From the NCBI GenBank assembly GCA_965262725.1, contig OZ253555.1, positions 992,001 to 1,056,000 of the forward strand: a DNA stretch of 64,000 nucleotides, written 5' to 3'. The position numbers and the translations under genes were made by a program. Positions 1 to 9,005 of this stretch are shown in pieces. Position 1 is the first letter of the stretch; the number at the start of each line of letters is the position of its first letter. The notes under the pieces were generated by a model. It worked only from the letters and a program-made list of their open reading frames with translations, was not told the DNA's origin and ran no database searches. This DNA is from Dehalococcoidia bacterium (GTDB taxonomy: Bacteria; Chloroflexota; Dehalococcoidia; UBA2979).

Positions 1-159
1 CTCGTGCAGCCACGCCGTGAGCTCCCCGGTGCCGCAGCCGAGGTCGGCGACGCGCATCGCCGGGGCGCGCTCGACCAGGCCCGCGAGGTCGCGGTAGGGC
101 TGCGAGCGCTGCTCGCGGAAACGCTCGTATTGGACGGGATCCCAGGCCGAGCTCGGCAT
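1..159 (-). CDS. tam: Trans-aconitate 2-methyltransferase-like SAM methyltransferase (5' part; runs off window)
   Basis: Manual translation MPSSAWDPVQYERFREQRSQPYRDLAGLV...RVADLGCGTGELT (WDP.QY.RF start plus DLGCG SAM motif); ATG overlaps the upstream TGA. Confidence 0.75.
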   Translation of the reverse strand, partial: MPSSAWDPVQYERFREQRSQPYRDLAGLVERAPAMRVADLGCGTGELTAWLHE

Positions 160-1082
160 CACCCATAGAGCCCGCGGTAGAGCACGTCCGCGGGCTCCGT
201 CGTGCGCGCCTGCCGCTCCCGCGAGTCCGCGAGGCGGTGGGGATCGATGGTCGCGACCACGACGCCCTCCCCGCGCGGCCCGAGAGCCGCGTCGATGCGA
301 CCGTCCGGGCCTACGACGATCGAGCGGGCACCCCACCATGGGGTGGCGACGGGGTCGTCGGAGCGCACCTCCCGCGCGGTCGTCGCGGAGAGCACATAGA
401 CCCCGTTCGCGTAGGCGACCGCCTGTCGCATCGCGGTGTAGGGCGGACCCTCGTCCGGCTGCCGCTCCAGGGTGGGGTGCACCACGATCTCGGCTCCCGA
501 GCGGCGCAGCCTCCGCGTCGTCTCCGGCACGAGCAGCTCGCTCTCGACGAGGCAGCCGATCGCCCCGATCTCGGTCTGCGCGACCGGGAGCACGGAGTCG
601 GCCCCGAAGACCGCGCGGTACTCGTCGTAGATGTCCCGAAGCGCGGTGACCTCGGGCGCGCTGTAGGCCTGCGCCTTCGGCGAGCGGAGGACGAGCCCCT
701 CCGGCCCGAGCACGAAGCCGGTGTGGAAGTAGCGGCCCGGCAGCTCCGGCACTGCCTCCTGCGCCGACGAGACGAAGTAGCAGCGGTGGCGCCGACAGGC
801 CTCCAGGATCGGCTCGAAGGGCTCGCCGGGGACCGGCATCGCGACGGCGTCGATGGAGACGTTCGAGACGTGGCGGCTGGCGGAGGTCAGGCAGAGCACC
901 GGGTAGACGATGAGCCTGGGCGGCGGGTCGGTCCGCTCCATGAGAGCGTCGATCTCGCTTGCGATCCGCTCGGCGTTCCGGCGCATCGTGTCGCGCGCCG
1001 TCGCGTCGTCCTGGACCGGACGAACGGCTGCCTGGACCACCGCTGCGAGCCACGGCTCGCCGAAGCTGACCGTCTCGGCCAT
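159..1082 (-). CDS. Nitrilase/carbon-nitrogen hydrolase family protein with non-canonical active site
   Basis: Motifs LIVYP, YFHTGFVLGPEG, TEIGAIGCL, GAEIVVHP, SIVVGPDG; start MAETV preceded by AAGGAGG. Confidence 0.8.
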   Translation of the reverse strand: MAETVSFGEPWLAAVVQAAVRPVQDDATARDTMRRNAERIASEIDALMERTDPPPRLIVYPVLCLTSASRHVSNVSIDAVAMPVPGEPFEPILEACRRHRCYFVSSAQEAVPELPGRYFHTGFVLGPEGLVLRSPKAQAYSAPEVTALRDIYDEYRAVFGADSVLPVAQTEIGAIGCLVESELLVPETTRRLRRSGAEIVVHPTLERQPDEGPPYTAMRQAVAYANGVYVLSATTAREVRSDDPVATPWWGARSIVVGPDGRIDAALGPRGEGVVVATIDPHRLADSRERQARTTEPADVLYRGLYG

Positions 1083-1183
1083 CTTGTGCCCCCTCCTTCG
1101 CGCGGGTCGCGCCGACATTATCAGCGTCGCCCTCCGCCCGCGCGGCATGCTGGCGGGCCGCTGCGATCTGCTGCGGTCGTCTC

Positions 1184-1420
1184 ATGTGCAGGAGCATCAG
1201 GACGCTGCGGCCCGTCGGCTCCCGGCAGGAGCCCGCGAGCGAGGAAGAGATCTCCGCCGCCGCCCTCCAGTTCGTGCGCAAAGTGAGCGGCTATCGCCGG
1301 CCCTCGCAGGCGAACGCGGCCGCCTTCGACGCCGCGGTCAACGAGGTCGCTGCGTCGACGCGTCGGCTGCTCTCCGCGCTGCGCGCGGGCGCCGGCACCC
1401 CGCGCGGCTGGGCCGGGTAG
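1184..1420 (+). CDS. DUF2277 family protein
   Basis: MCRSIRTL...EEEISAAALQFVRKVSG..PSQAN..AF signature. Confidence 0.8.
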   Translation: MCRSIRTLRPVGSRQEPASEEEISAAALQFVRKVSGYRRPSQANAAAFDAAVNEVAASTRRLLSALRAGAGTPRGWAG

Positions 1421-1441
1421 GGCCGCCGCCGCGGGGCGGTC

Positions 1442-2422
1442 TCATTTCGTGGAGGGCGTGCCGTCCCCGGCGCCGGTGGCCCCGGGCAACTGGCTCCGGT
1501 GCCACGCGACGGCGCGGCGGATCCCCTCGTCGAGAGGTGTGCGGGGACTCCATGCCCAGCGCTCCTCGGCGAGGCGTGGGAGCAGCGTGATGTGGCGGAT
1601 CTCGCCGGGGCGCGCGGGCTGGTACCGGGCCGGCAGCTCGTACGACGTCGCTTCGGCGACGAGGGCGAAGATGCGGTCCGTCGTCGTCGCGACGCCGGAG
1701 CCGACGAGGCAGGTCGCCGGCTCGCCGCGCGCCGCCGCGAGCGCCGCGTCGACGACGTCGTCGACGAAGATGTAGTCGCGGCTCTCTCTGCCGTCGCCGA
1801 AGATCGTGACGCTCTCCCCCCGCAGCATGCGGCCGGCGAAGATCCCGACCACGCCGTACTCGCGCGTGTGTACCTGCTGGGGGCCGTAGATGTTCCCGGG
1901 TCTCAGCACCGAGACCGACGTGCCGCTCCCGGCGGTGAGCGCCCCGAGGTAGAACTCGGCCGCGAGCTTCGATGCCCCATAGACGGAGCTCGGCCGCGCG
2001 GGATGGTGCTCGTCGACGGGCTGGTAGAGCGGCTCGCCGTAGAGCGCACCGCCGGTCGAGAAGTAGACGATGCGGGGGACGCCCGCGGCAACCGCGGCGG
2101 TCGCGAGATGGACGGTCCCGAGCACGTTGACCGCCACGTCTGCGAGCGGGTCCCGCATCGACGCGGCGACCGACGCCTGCGCGGCAAGGTGGAAGAGGAC
2201 GTCGGGGCGCACGCTGCCGACGAGCGCAGCGACGGCCTCGCGGTCCCGCACGTCGAGGCTCTGCCCTGCCACGTCGTCGGTGGCGTATCGGGCCGGGCCC
2301 TCGGGCCGCAGGATGTCGGTGGCGACGACCCGCCACCCCTCGGCCGCGAGCCTCGCCACGAGGTGCCGGCCGACGAAGCCGGCCGCCCCGGTCACGATCG
2401 CCATCTGCCCCGCACGCGGCAC
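1442..2422 (-). CDS. NAD-dependent epimerase/dehydratase (UDP-glucose 4-epimerase-like)
   Basis: VTGAAGFVG Rossmann motif, HLAAQ, YGASK catalytic motif, RDYIFVDD; GTG start with GGAGG. Confidence 0.9.
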   Translation of the reverse strand: MPRAGQMAIVTGAAGFVGRHLVARLAAEGWRVVATDILRPEGPARYATDDVAGQSLDVRDREAVAALVGSVRPDVLFHLAAQASVAASMRDPLADVAVNVLGTVHLATAAVAAGVPRIVYFSTGGALYGEPLYQPVDEHHPARPSSVYGASKLAAEFYLGALTAGSGTSVSVLRPGNIYGPQQVHTREYGVVGIFAGRMLRGESVTIFGDGRESRDYIFVDDVVDAALAAARGEPATCLVGSGVATTTDRIFALVAEATSYELPARYQPARPGEIRHITLLPRLAEERWAWSPRTPLDEGIRRAVAWHRSQLPGATGAGDGTPSTK

Positions 2423-2531
2423 GCACGACCCTCCCGCTGCCGAAGCGCCGCCGCCCCGGCGGGGCGGCGCCTTCCGCGGATGGTAGTCCGGAGGCCCGCG
2501 GCGGACACGCAGCGGCGGCCGCCGCGGGCGT

Positions 2532-3944
2532 CTACCGCCCGTCCGGGGGCCCGCCGGGCGGTGCCCCGACCTCCTCCATCGCCTGCCGCGCGACCCGCCG
2601 CCCCATCCGGATCGAGTAGTTCTGGCCTCGATCCTCGGGGTAGATCTGCGTCGTGTTGGCAAGCCACAGCCCGTCGATCGGCGTGCGGTGCGGAGGGATC
2701 GACTCGTGGTAGCGGTAGTCGACGATCGGCTGCCCCGCGCGATCCGTGAAGAGCCACAGATCGCGGATCCAAGCACGGTCGAAGTGTGGGTTGATGCGCC
2801 TCAGGTAGGGCTCGTACGCATCGAGCACCGCCTCCGCGTCCGACTCGACGATCGGGTCGCCGGGATCCACGTAGTTCGACAGGTAGACGACGTGCCGCCC
2901 GCCGTACTCGGCGGGCGATCGGAAGTTCGTCTGCTCGACGGCGGCGACGAAGGGGCAGTCGTCGTCGGTGACTGTGAGCCAGTAGATGTCGGAAAGCGGG
3001 CGATCGAGCGCGAGCACGAGCACGGTCGCCCACTGGTAGCGCACGCGATCGAGCAGCGCGTCGTAGTCCGGCGCCAGCTCCGCCAGCTCCGGGAGCAGCG
3101 CCCGGAAGATGCTGGAGGGCGTGGTCGCCAGGACCAGGTCGACTAGTTCCAACTCCCCGCGCCTCACGACTCCGAGCACGCGGCCGTCCTCGACCGCGAT
3201 GCGCTCGACCGGCGCGTCGACCTCAAGTGTGGCGCCGCGCGCGCGGGCGTCGTCCACGAGGGCGTCCACCAGGCGGCCGAACGATCCGCGCAGGTAGCCG
3301 AGGCTCTCCGTCGCCAGCGGGCCGCCGCCCCGCGAGGCGAAGCGGAGGTAAATCTTGCCCCAGAACCAGACCATCGAGACCTCGTCGGCGTGGGCGCCAA
3401 ACTTCGCTCGCAACAGGGGCCCCCACACCGCGTCGTAGCCTTGCTCGCCGACCGCGCGGAGGATCCAGTCGCGCGCGCGCTGGCCCTCGTAGCGCCGCCA
3501 GTCCGTCTGCCGGCGGAGCCACAGCGCCGCGAGGCCGAGACGGAACCGGGTCCAGAGCGAGACGCGGTTGAAGCGAAGGAGATCGACGGGGCCGGAGAAG
3601 GGGTAGATCTTCCCTGCGGCGGCGAGGCCCACTGAGGACGGAACCCACTCGAGCGCATCCTCGAGCCCCAGATCCCCGATCACCTCGACGATGTCGCGAT
3701 CCGACCGGAAGAGATGGTGGTAGAAGGCCTCGATGCGGCCCCCGCCGATCTCGAACGTGCGGACCTGGCCGCCGAACTGGCTGCCCGCCTCGTAGAGGCT
3801 GACCCGCCAGCCGCCGCGCAGCAGCTCGTACGCGGCGGCGAGACCGGCGACGCCGCCCCCGATCACGACGGCCCGCCGCCCGCCCGCGGAGGCGTCAGGG
3901 GCCGCTCCGGGCCCCGTCGATGCCTCGTCGGTCGGTGGACTCAC
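2532..3944 (-). CDS. FAD-dependent oxidoreductase (amine oxidase/protoporphyrinogen oxidase-like)
   Basis: VIGGGVAGLAAA FAD motif, FYHH, C-terminal YPEDRGQNYS. Confidence 0.85.
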   Translation of the reverse strand: MSPPTDEASTGPGAAPDASAGGRRAVVIGGGVAGLAAAYELLRGGWRVSLYEAGSQFGGQVRTFEIGGGRIEAFYHHLFRSDRDIVEVIGDLGLEDALEWVPSSVGLAAAGKIYPFSGPVDLLRFNRVSLWTRFRLGLAALWLRRQTDWRRYEGQRARDWILRAVGEQGYDAVWGPLLRAKFGAHADEVSMVWFWGKIYLRFASRGGGPLATESLGYLRGSFGRLVDALVDDARARGATLEVDAPVERIAVEDGRVLGVVRRGELELVDLVLATTPSSIFRALLPELAELAPDYDALLDRVRYQWATVLVLALDRPLSDIYWLTVTDDDCPFVAAVEQTNFRSPAEYGGRHVVYLSNYVDPGDPIVESDAEAVLDAYEPYLRRINPHFDRAWIRDLWLFTDRAGQPIVDYRYHESIPPHRTPIDGLWLANTTQIYPEDRGQNYSIRMGRRVARQAMEEVGAPPGGPPDGR

Positions 3945-4020
3945 GAACGGCCTCTCCGCAGCTCGAGGCGCCGTCCGGCCCGTCGCCGCCCGGCGTCCAC
4001 TGCCGCTGCCATTGCGTGCC

Positions 4021-4204
4021 TAGTGTCCCGAGTTGCAAATGCTGAAAACAATCGCACCGAGCCTCGCAGGCTTGGTCCGCTCAGTGGAGGCTTGGGTCGC
4101 AACTGGAACGAGCACCGGATGCGCTTCATCTCGCACAAGACCACCGACCAGATCCTTGACAACCTCACCGGATATCTCAATCGCATTTCCAATTCAGGAC
4201 ACTA
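4021..4204 (+). mobile_element. IS630-derived MITE (184 bp, TA to TA)
   Basis: Imperfect 22-bp TIRs (tagtgtcccgagttgcaaatgc vs tagtgtcctgaattggaaatgc), CTAG at both ends, and an IS630 transposase C-terminal remnant WNEHRMRFISHKTTDQILDNLTGYLNRISNSGH*; AT-richer than the flanks. Confidence 0.8.
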
Positions 4205-5443
4205 GTCGGGATCGGGATAGCGGTCGCCGATGATGTCGCACGCCTCAAGCTCGGCCACCTCCGCGGCGCTGTAGCCGAGCTCGGCGAGCACCTCGAGATT
4301 GTGCTCGCCGAGCAGCGCGCAGCGTCGCTCCCACGCGATCGGATCGGGTTGCTGCTGCCAGAGGACGCCCGTCATCATCCGCTGGCCGAGGTACGGCTGA
4401 TCGACGATTTGGAACCAGCCCCGCTCATGGAGCTGCGGCGCGGCGGGCGCCTCGTCCGGCTGGAGGACCGGGGCGGCGATCGCTCCCGCGGCCTGCAGCT
4501 CCTCCGCGATCAGGGTGGACGGTCGCTCCCGCGTGTAGGCGGCGATCGCCTCGTCGATCGCCCCCCGGGCGGCGAGCCGCCCGGTCACGGTCGCCCAGGT
4601 GTGTCCGTCCAGGGCCCACTCGGGATGTCCCAGCACCGCCGCGAGTCCCGCCCACTGCGCGTCGTCTTGGCAGACCACGTTGACCCAGCCGCCGGCCGCC
4701 GGGTAGCAGTCGTGCGGGACGATGCGGGCATCGGTGTTGCCGACGCGCTCGGGGACGCGGCGGTTGAGCGTCCACTCCGCCAGGGCCGCCGGGAGCTGCC
4801 ACTGGAGCTCCTCCACCTGCGCGAGGTCGATGAAGCCGCCGGCCCCCGTCTGCTCGCGGCGCAAGAGCGCGGCGCCCGTCGCGAAAACGATCGCGAGGGG
4901 GACGCTCGCGTCCGAGTGGAGCGCGCCCACGATCTCGTCCGGCCGCGAGCCCGGGTAGCCGCGGATCGCATGGTGCCCGGCGGCGGCGTCGAAGCCGTTC
5001 CCGAACATCAGGTAGCCCTGGTACGGCCCCCCCTGGCCCCAGCCCGCGATCGAGATCATCGTGATGAGGGGGTTGAGCGCGCGGACCGCCTCCCAGCCGA
5101 AGCCGAGCCGCTCGATCGTGCCGCCGGAGAATCCCTCCACCAGCAGGTCGGCGCCCGCGATCAGCCGCCTGAGCACCTCCGCGCCCTCCGGCCGGCGGAC
5201 GTCCACGGCAATGTTCCGCTTGTTGCGATTCCCGTGGATGTGCGAGTTGACGCGCTCGTACACGGGCCCCGGCCCCGGGGCGACGCGGCTGTCCTCTCTC
5301 AGCGGCCTCGTGACCGAGGGGCGGGGGTAGGTCTCCACCTTGATCACGTCGGCGCCCAGATCGCCGAGCAGGGTGCAGCCGAACGGACCGGCCCAGACCT
5401 CGGCCAGCTCCACGACGCGCAGCCCCGCGTAGGTGCGGCTCAT
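4202..5443 (-). CDS. Class III CoA-transferase (CaiB/BaiF), Asp-bearing subunit
   Basis: LRVVEL..VWAGP, LGADVIKVE, NRNKR, HSD motif, LGEHN. Confidence 0.9.
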   Translation of the reverse strand: MSRTYAGLRVVELAEVWAGPFGCTLLGDLGADVIKVETYPRPSVTRPLREDSRVAPGPGPVYERVNSHIHGNRNKRNIAVDVRRPEGAEVLRRLIAGADLLVEGFSGGTIERLGFGWEAVRALNPLITMISIAGWGQGGPYQGYLMFGNGFDAAAGHHAIRGYPGSRPDEIVGALHSDASVPLAIVFATGAALLRREQTGAGGFIDLAQVEELQWQLPAALAEWTLNRRVPERVGNTDARIVPHDCYPAAGGWVNVVCQDDAQWAGLAAVLGHPEWALDGHTWATVTGRLAARGAIDEAIAAYTRERPSTLIAEELQAAGAIAAPVLQPDEAPAAPQLHERGWFQIVDQPYLGQRMMTGVLWQQQPDPIAWERRCALLGEHNLEVLAELGYSAAEVAELEACDIIGDRYPDPD

Positions 5444-6600
5444 CCCGTCACCCCCGCCCGCGCCAGCGCCTGCCGCTCGTCAGCGTCGTAGCCGAGCTCT
5501 GCGAGCACCTCGTCGGTATGCGCGCCCAGCGGGGGGCTCGGGCCGAGCCTCCACGCCGGCTCAGCCCCCTCCATGCGGAAGGGCGCCGCCGCGAGCCAGT
5601 GCGCGCCGAGGCCGGGCTGCTCGATCTGCACGTACGACGTGCGGTGGATGGCCTGCGCGTCGTCGAGCAGCTCGGAGGCGTCGAGGACCGGGGCGACGGG
5701 CACCCGCGCGTCCTGCAGCTCGCGGAAGACCTCGAGCTTGGAGCGCGCGTCGAGCCACGGCCTGAGCAGCGCGAGGAGCTCGCCCCCGTTCTGCTCGCGC
5801 GCTCCCATCGTCGCGAAGCGCTCGTCGTGCTCGAGCTCCGGGCGCTCGATCGCGCGGCACAGCCGCCCCCAGAAGGCGTCGCCGGTGCCGGCGAAGATCA
5901 GGTAGCCGTCGCGCGCGCGCAGGGAGCTGACCTGTCCCGACGCGAGGATCGTCCCGCTGATCGCCCACAGCGGGTATCCGGAGTCGACGTTGCCCATCAG
6001 CGCCTCGACACCTGAGATGTCGACCACGCGGCGCTCCCCGTCGACATGAGACCCCCACACGACCGCCATCCCCGCGGCGGCGGCCGTGCAGCCGATCTGC
6101 ACGGTGGCGACGAAGGGACCGTACCTAAGAGGCGTTCCGCCGGGCGGCGTGTGGCGAGTGGTGCGCGTCGACCAGCCGAAGAGCGTCAGGTCGCTCTCGC
6201 GCCTCGGGGCGTGGGAGCCGCTCATCCCGTGCGGCGTCACAGTTACGACGTTCGGGCGCTCCTCGCCGAGCACGCCCAGGAGCCGCCGCACCTCGTCGGG
6301 TGCGAGCTCGATGAGCGCGAGCTCCGCCGTGGCGGCGAGCCGTGCGAACACCTCGCGTCCCGACGCGGTGCGGTGGTCGAGCACCACCGAGCGCTTCCCG
6401 GTATCGAAGGCGAGGTGGAAGGCGCCGCGGTCGCGGTGCGGGCTGTCGTCGGGGAACGGATCGATGCGCCTCGCGTTGCCGCCGCCGGGCACTTCGACCT
6501 TCACCACGTCGGCGCCGTAGTCGGAGAAGCGCTTGCCGGCCGCGGAGACGGCGACATCGCCTCCGAGCTCCACGACCCGGATCCCGGTCAACGGTTGCAT
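5440..6600 (-). CDS. Class III CoA-transferase (CaiB/BaiF), partner subunit
   Basis: PLTGIRVVEL, GADVVKVE, GKRSVVLD, PPLGAHT; 4-bp overlap with the next gene; TAGCAT -10-like box 7 nt before ATG suggests a leaderless mRNA. Confidence 0.9.
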   Translation of the reverse strand: MQPLTGIRVVELGGDVAVSAAGKRFSDYGADVVKVEVPGGGNARRIDPFPDDSPHRDRGAFHLAFDTGKRSVVLDHRTASGREVFARLAATAELALIELAPDEVRRLLGVLGEERPNVVTVTPHGMSGSHAPRRESDLTLFGWSTRTTRHTPPGGTPLRYGPFVATVQIGCTAAAAGMAVVWGSHVDGERRVVDISGVEALMGNVDSGYPLWAISGTILASGQVSSLRARDGYLIFAGTGDAFWGRLCRAIERPELEHDERFATMGAREQNGGELLALLRPWLDARSKLEVFRELQDARVPVAPVLDASELLDDAQAIHRTSYVQIEQPGLGAHWLAAAPFRMEGAEPAWRLGPSPPLGAHTDEVLAELGYDADERQALARAGVTG

Positions 6601-6750
6601 GGGGGCGATGCTAGCCCAATCACGCACCTCGTTGGGCGAACGGGCGGTGAGCGGCGGGCGCGCTCCTCCCGCCATCTGCTACGGTCGGCTCCTCTCACGG
6701 CTGGCCGCCGGCTGGCCGCCGGCTGGCGAGACGGCACGGCGAGGTGCGGC

Positions 6751-7803
6751 ATGCGCATCGGCGTTCAGCTCATCGGGCCGCGACTCTCGGAGCTCGGCCG
6801 GCTAGCGCGCTACGCGGAGGAGGCCGGCCTCGACATCGCGGGGCTCCCCGGTGGAGGCGACTACCCGCGCCTCACGCGCATCATCCACGCGACCGAGCGC
6901 ATCCGCGTTGCGACCGCCATCGTCCCGCTCTTTCACGCGACGCCGTACCTCCACGCGATTTCGGCGATGGAGCTGCAGTCGCTCTCGGGCGGCCGACTGG
7001 TGCTCGGCGTGGGGTCGCAGACGAAGGGGCAGGTCCGCACGCAGGCCGGCTTCGACCCGCCGAGCCCGGCCCGCATGTCGCGCGACATGATGCGCGCGAT
7101 CCGCGCGCTGATGGCCGGCGAGCGCCGCTACGACGGCGAGTTCTACCGCGTCGACATCCCGGCGATCCGCTTCCGAAGCGGCGGCGTCGACCTGGATCCA
7201 CCGCCGATCTACTTCTCCGGAGTGAACCCCCTGAACCTGCGCATCGCCGGCGAGGTCGCGGACGGCTTCATCGCCCACCCGATCTTCAGCGTCGCCTACT
7301 ACCGCGACACGGTCTGGCCGCGCATCGAGGAGGGGCTGGCGCGAGGCGGCCGCAGCCGCGACGGTTTCGAGATGTGCGCCATGCCGATGTTCTGGCTCGT
7401 GGACGAGACGACCTCGCGCGAGGAGGCGTACAGCCGCGGCAAGCGGAACCTCGCGATGTACTTCAGCACGCGCGCCTACAGCGGCTTCATGCAGCAGCAC
7501 GGATGGGATGCCGAGCGCGAGGCGATCCGGGCGGTGTGGGCGGAGGCGATGGAGCGTGGCACCCCCATCGACCCGCTCGCGATGGAGCGGATCGTGAGCG
7601 AAGAGATGGTGGACGAGGTCTGCCTCGTCGGCACCGCGAGCGAGATCCGGCAGAAGGCGGCCGAGCGCTACGAGGGCATCAGCGACACGCTGCTCTTTTA
7701 TTCCTTCCACGACCCCTACGTGCACGACGAGGAGGAGCCACGGCGCGCCGAGCGAAACCTCTACCGCCTGATTGACGCCTACCGCGTCGCCGCGCCCGGA
7801 TAG
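6751..7803 (+). CDS. LLM-class (luciferase-like, probably F420-dependent) oxidoreductase
   Basis: AEEAGLD, ATERIRVATAI, SGGRLVLGVG, GEVADG motifs. Confidence 0.85.
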   Translation: MRIGVQLIGPRLSELGRLARYAEEAGLDIAGLPGGGDYPRLTRIIHATERIRVATAIVPLFHATPYLHAISAMELQSLSGGRLVLGVGSQTKGQVRTQAGFDPPSPARMSRDMMRAIRALMAGERRYDGEFYRVDIPAIRFRSGGVDLDPPPIYFSGVNPLNLRIAGEVADGFIAHPIFSVAYYRDTVWPRIEEGLARGGRSRDGFEMCAMPMFWLVDETTSREEAYSRGKRNLAMYFSTRAYSGFMQQHGWDAEREAIRAVWAEAMERGTPIDPLAMERIVSEEMVDEVCLVGTASEIRQKAAERYEGISDTLLFYSFHDPYVHDEEEPRRAERNLYRLIDAYRVAAPG

Positions 7804-7907
7804 CGCCCCCGCGCGCGGGCGCGCTATCCGGCAGGGTCCCCTCCGCGGGGGCGGGGCTCCGGCGCGGTCGCGGCTTCTATGATGGGCGCGTAGCGGGAGG
7901 GCGACCG

Positions 7908-8993
7908 GTGGCGGACGAGCACTGGCAGGAGGCATGGGACGTCACGGCTCGGGCCGTGGGAACCGACTACGGCGGTGAGCCGGAGGAGGCCGTGGAGACC
8001 GTCGCGCTCGCCGCGATTCGCCGCTTCTGCGAGCCGCTCGAGTTCGACTGCCCGCTCCATTGCGACGACGCCGTCGCCAGGGAGCACGGCTACCGCGACG
8101 TGCTGGCGCCCTGGAGCGGCATCTCGCAGACGTTCAGCCGCCGCGGCCACTGGCGCCCCGGCATGCCGACGCGCTATCCCTCCCCCGACCGCGACGCCGT
8201 GATCCTCGACACCGAGCTCGGCATCGACCCGGAGCCGCCGGGGCCGCCGTACACTGCGACCTTCGCGACCGACATCGAGATCGAGTACCACGAGCCGGTC
8301 TGCATCGGCGATCGGCTCACGCGCAGCGGCCGCAGGCTGGTCGCGGTCGTGCCCCGGGAGACGCGCGTCGGGCGCGGCGCTTTCCTCACCTACGAGAGCC
8401 GCCTCCACAACCAGCAGGGGGCGCTCGTGACGGTGCAGCGCAATGGGAGCTTCCGCTACACGCCGTGGGAGCCCGGCGAGGGCGACCGCCCGACTCGGCC
8501 GGTGAGCACGCCGGCGCCCCGCGACGTGCCGCCGGCGCTCGCGTCGAACGTCGACTGGTCGCGGCAGCGCTACATCGAGGACGTCTCGGTGGGCGAGGAG
8601 ATCCCCCCGCTCGCGATCCACCTCACGATCGCGAGGCTCGTGGTGGAGGCCGGCGCCAATCTCGACTTCAGCCGCGTGCACCACAACAGCGCGGTCGCCG
8701 AGGCCACCGGGGCGCCAGACATGTACGCGAACAACGTCTTTATCCAGGGCTGGTGGGAGCGCGCCGTGCGCGAGTACATCGGCCTCGCCGGGCGCGTGCG
8801 ACGGGTTGGCCCCCTGCGGATGCGCGTCTTCAACACGGTTGGGGAGACCGTCGTGACCAGGGGCGTGGTGCACCGGGTCTGGGAGGAGGACGGCGAGCAT
8901 CTGGTCGAGCTCGAGATGCGCAGCGACATCTCGCGGGGTGTCTCGGTCGGTCCCGGCCCGGTGGTCGTCTCGCTTCCCTCGCGCGGGAGCTGA
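7908..8993 (+). CDS. Double hot-dog (MaoC-like) dehydratase
   Basis: AIRRFCEPLEFDCPLH, EYHEPVCIGD, NQQGALV; second domain GANLDFSRVHH. Confidence 0.8.
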   Translation: MADEHWQEAWDVTARAVGTDYGGEPEEAVETVALAAIRRFCEPLEFDCPLHCDDAVAREHGYRDVLAPWSGISQTFSRRGHWRPGMPTRYPSPDRDAVILDTELGIDPEPPGPPYTATFATDIEIEYHEPVCIGDRLTRSGRRLVAVVPRETRVGRGAFLTYESRLHNQQGALVTVQRNGSFRYTPWEPGEGDRPTRPVSTPAPRDVPPALASNVDWSRQRYIEDVSVGEEIPPLAIHLTIARLVVEAGANLDFSRVHHNSAVAEATGAPDMYANNVFIQGWWERAVREYIGLAGRVRRVGPLRMRVFNTVGETVVTRGVVHRVWEEDGEHLVELEMRSDISRGVSVGPGPVVVSLPSRGS

Positions 8994-9005
8994 GCACCTC
9001 CCCCC

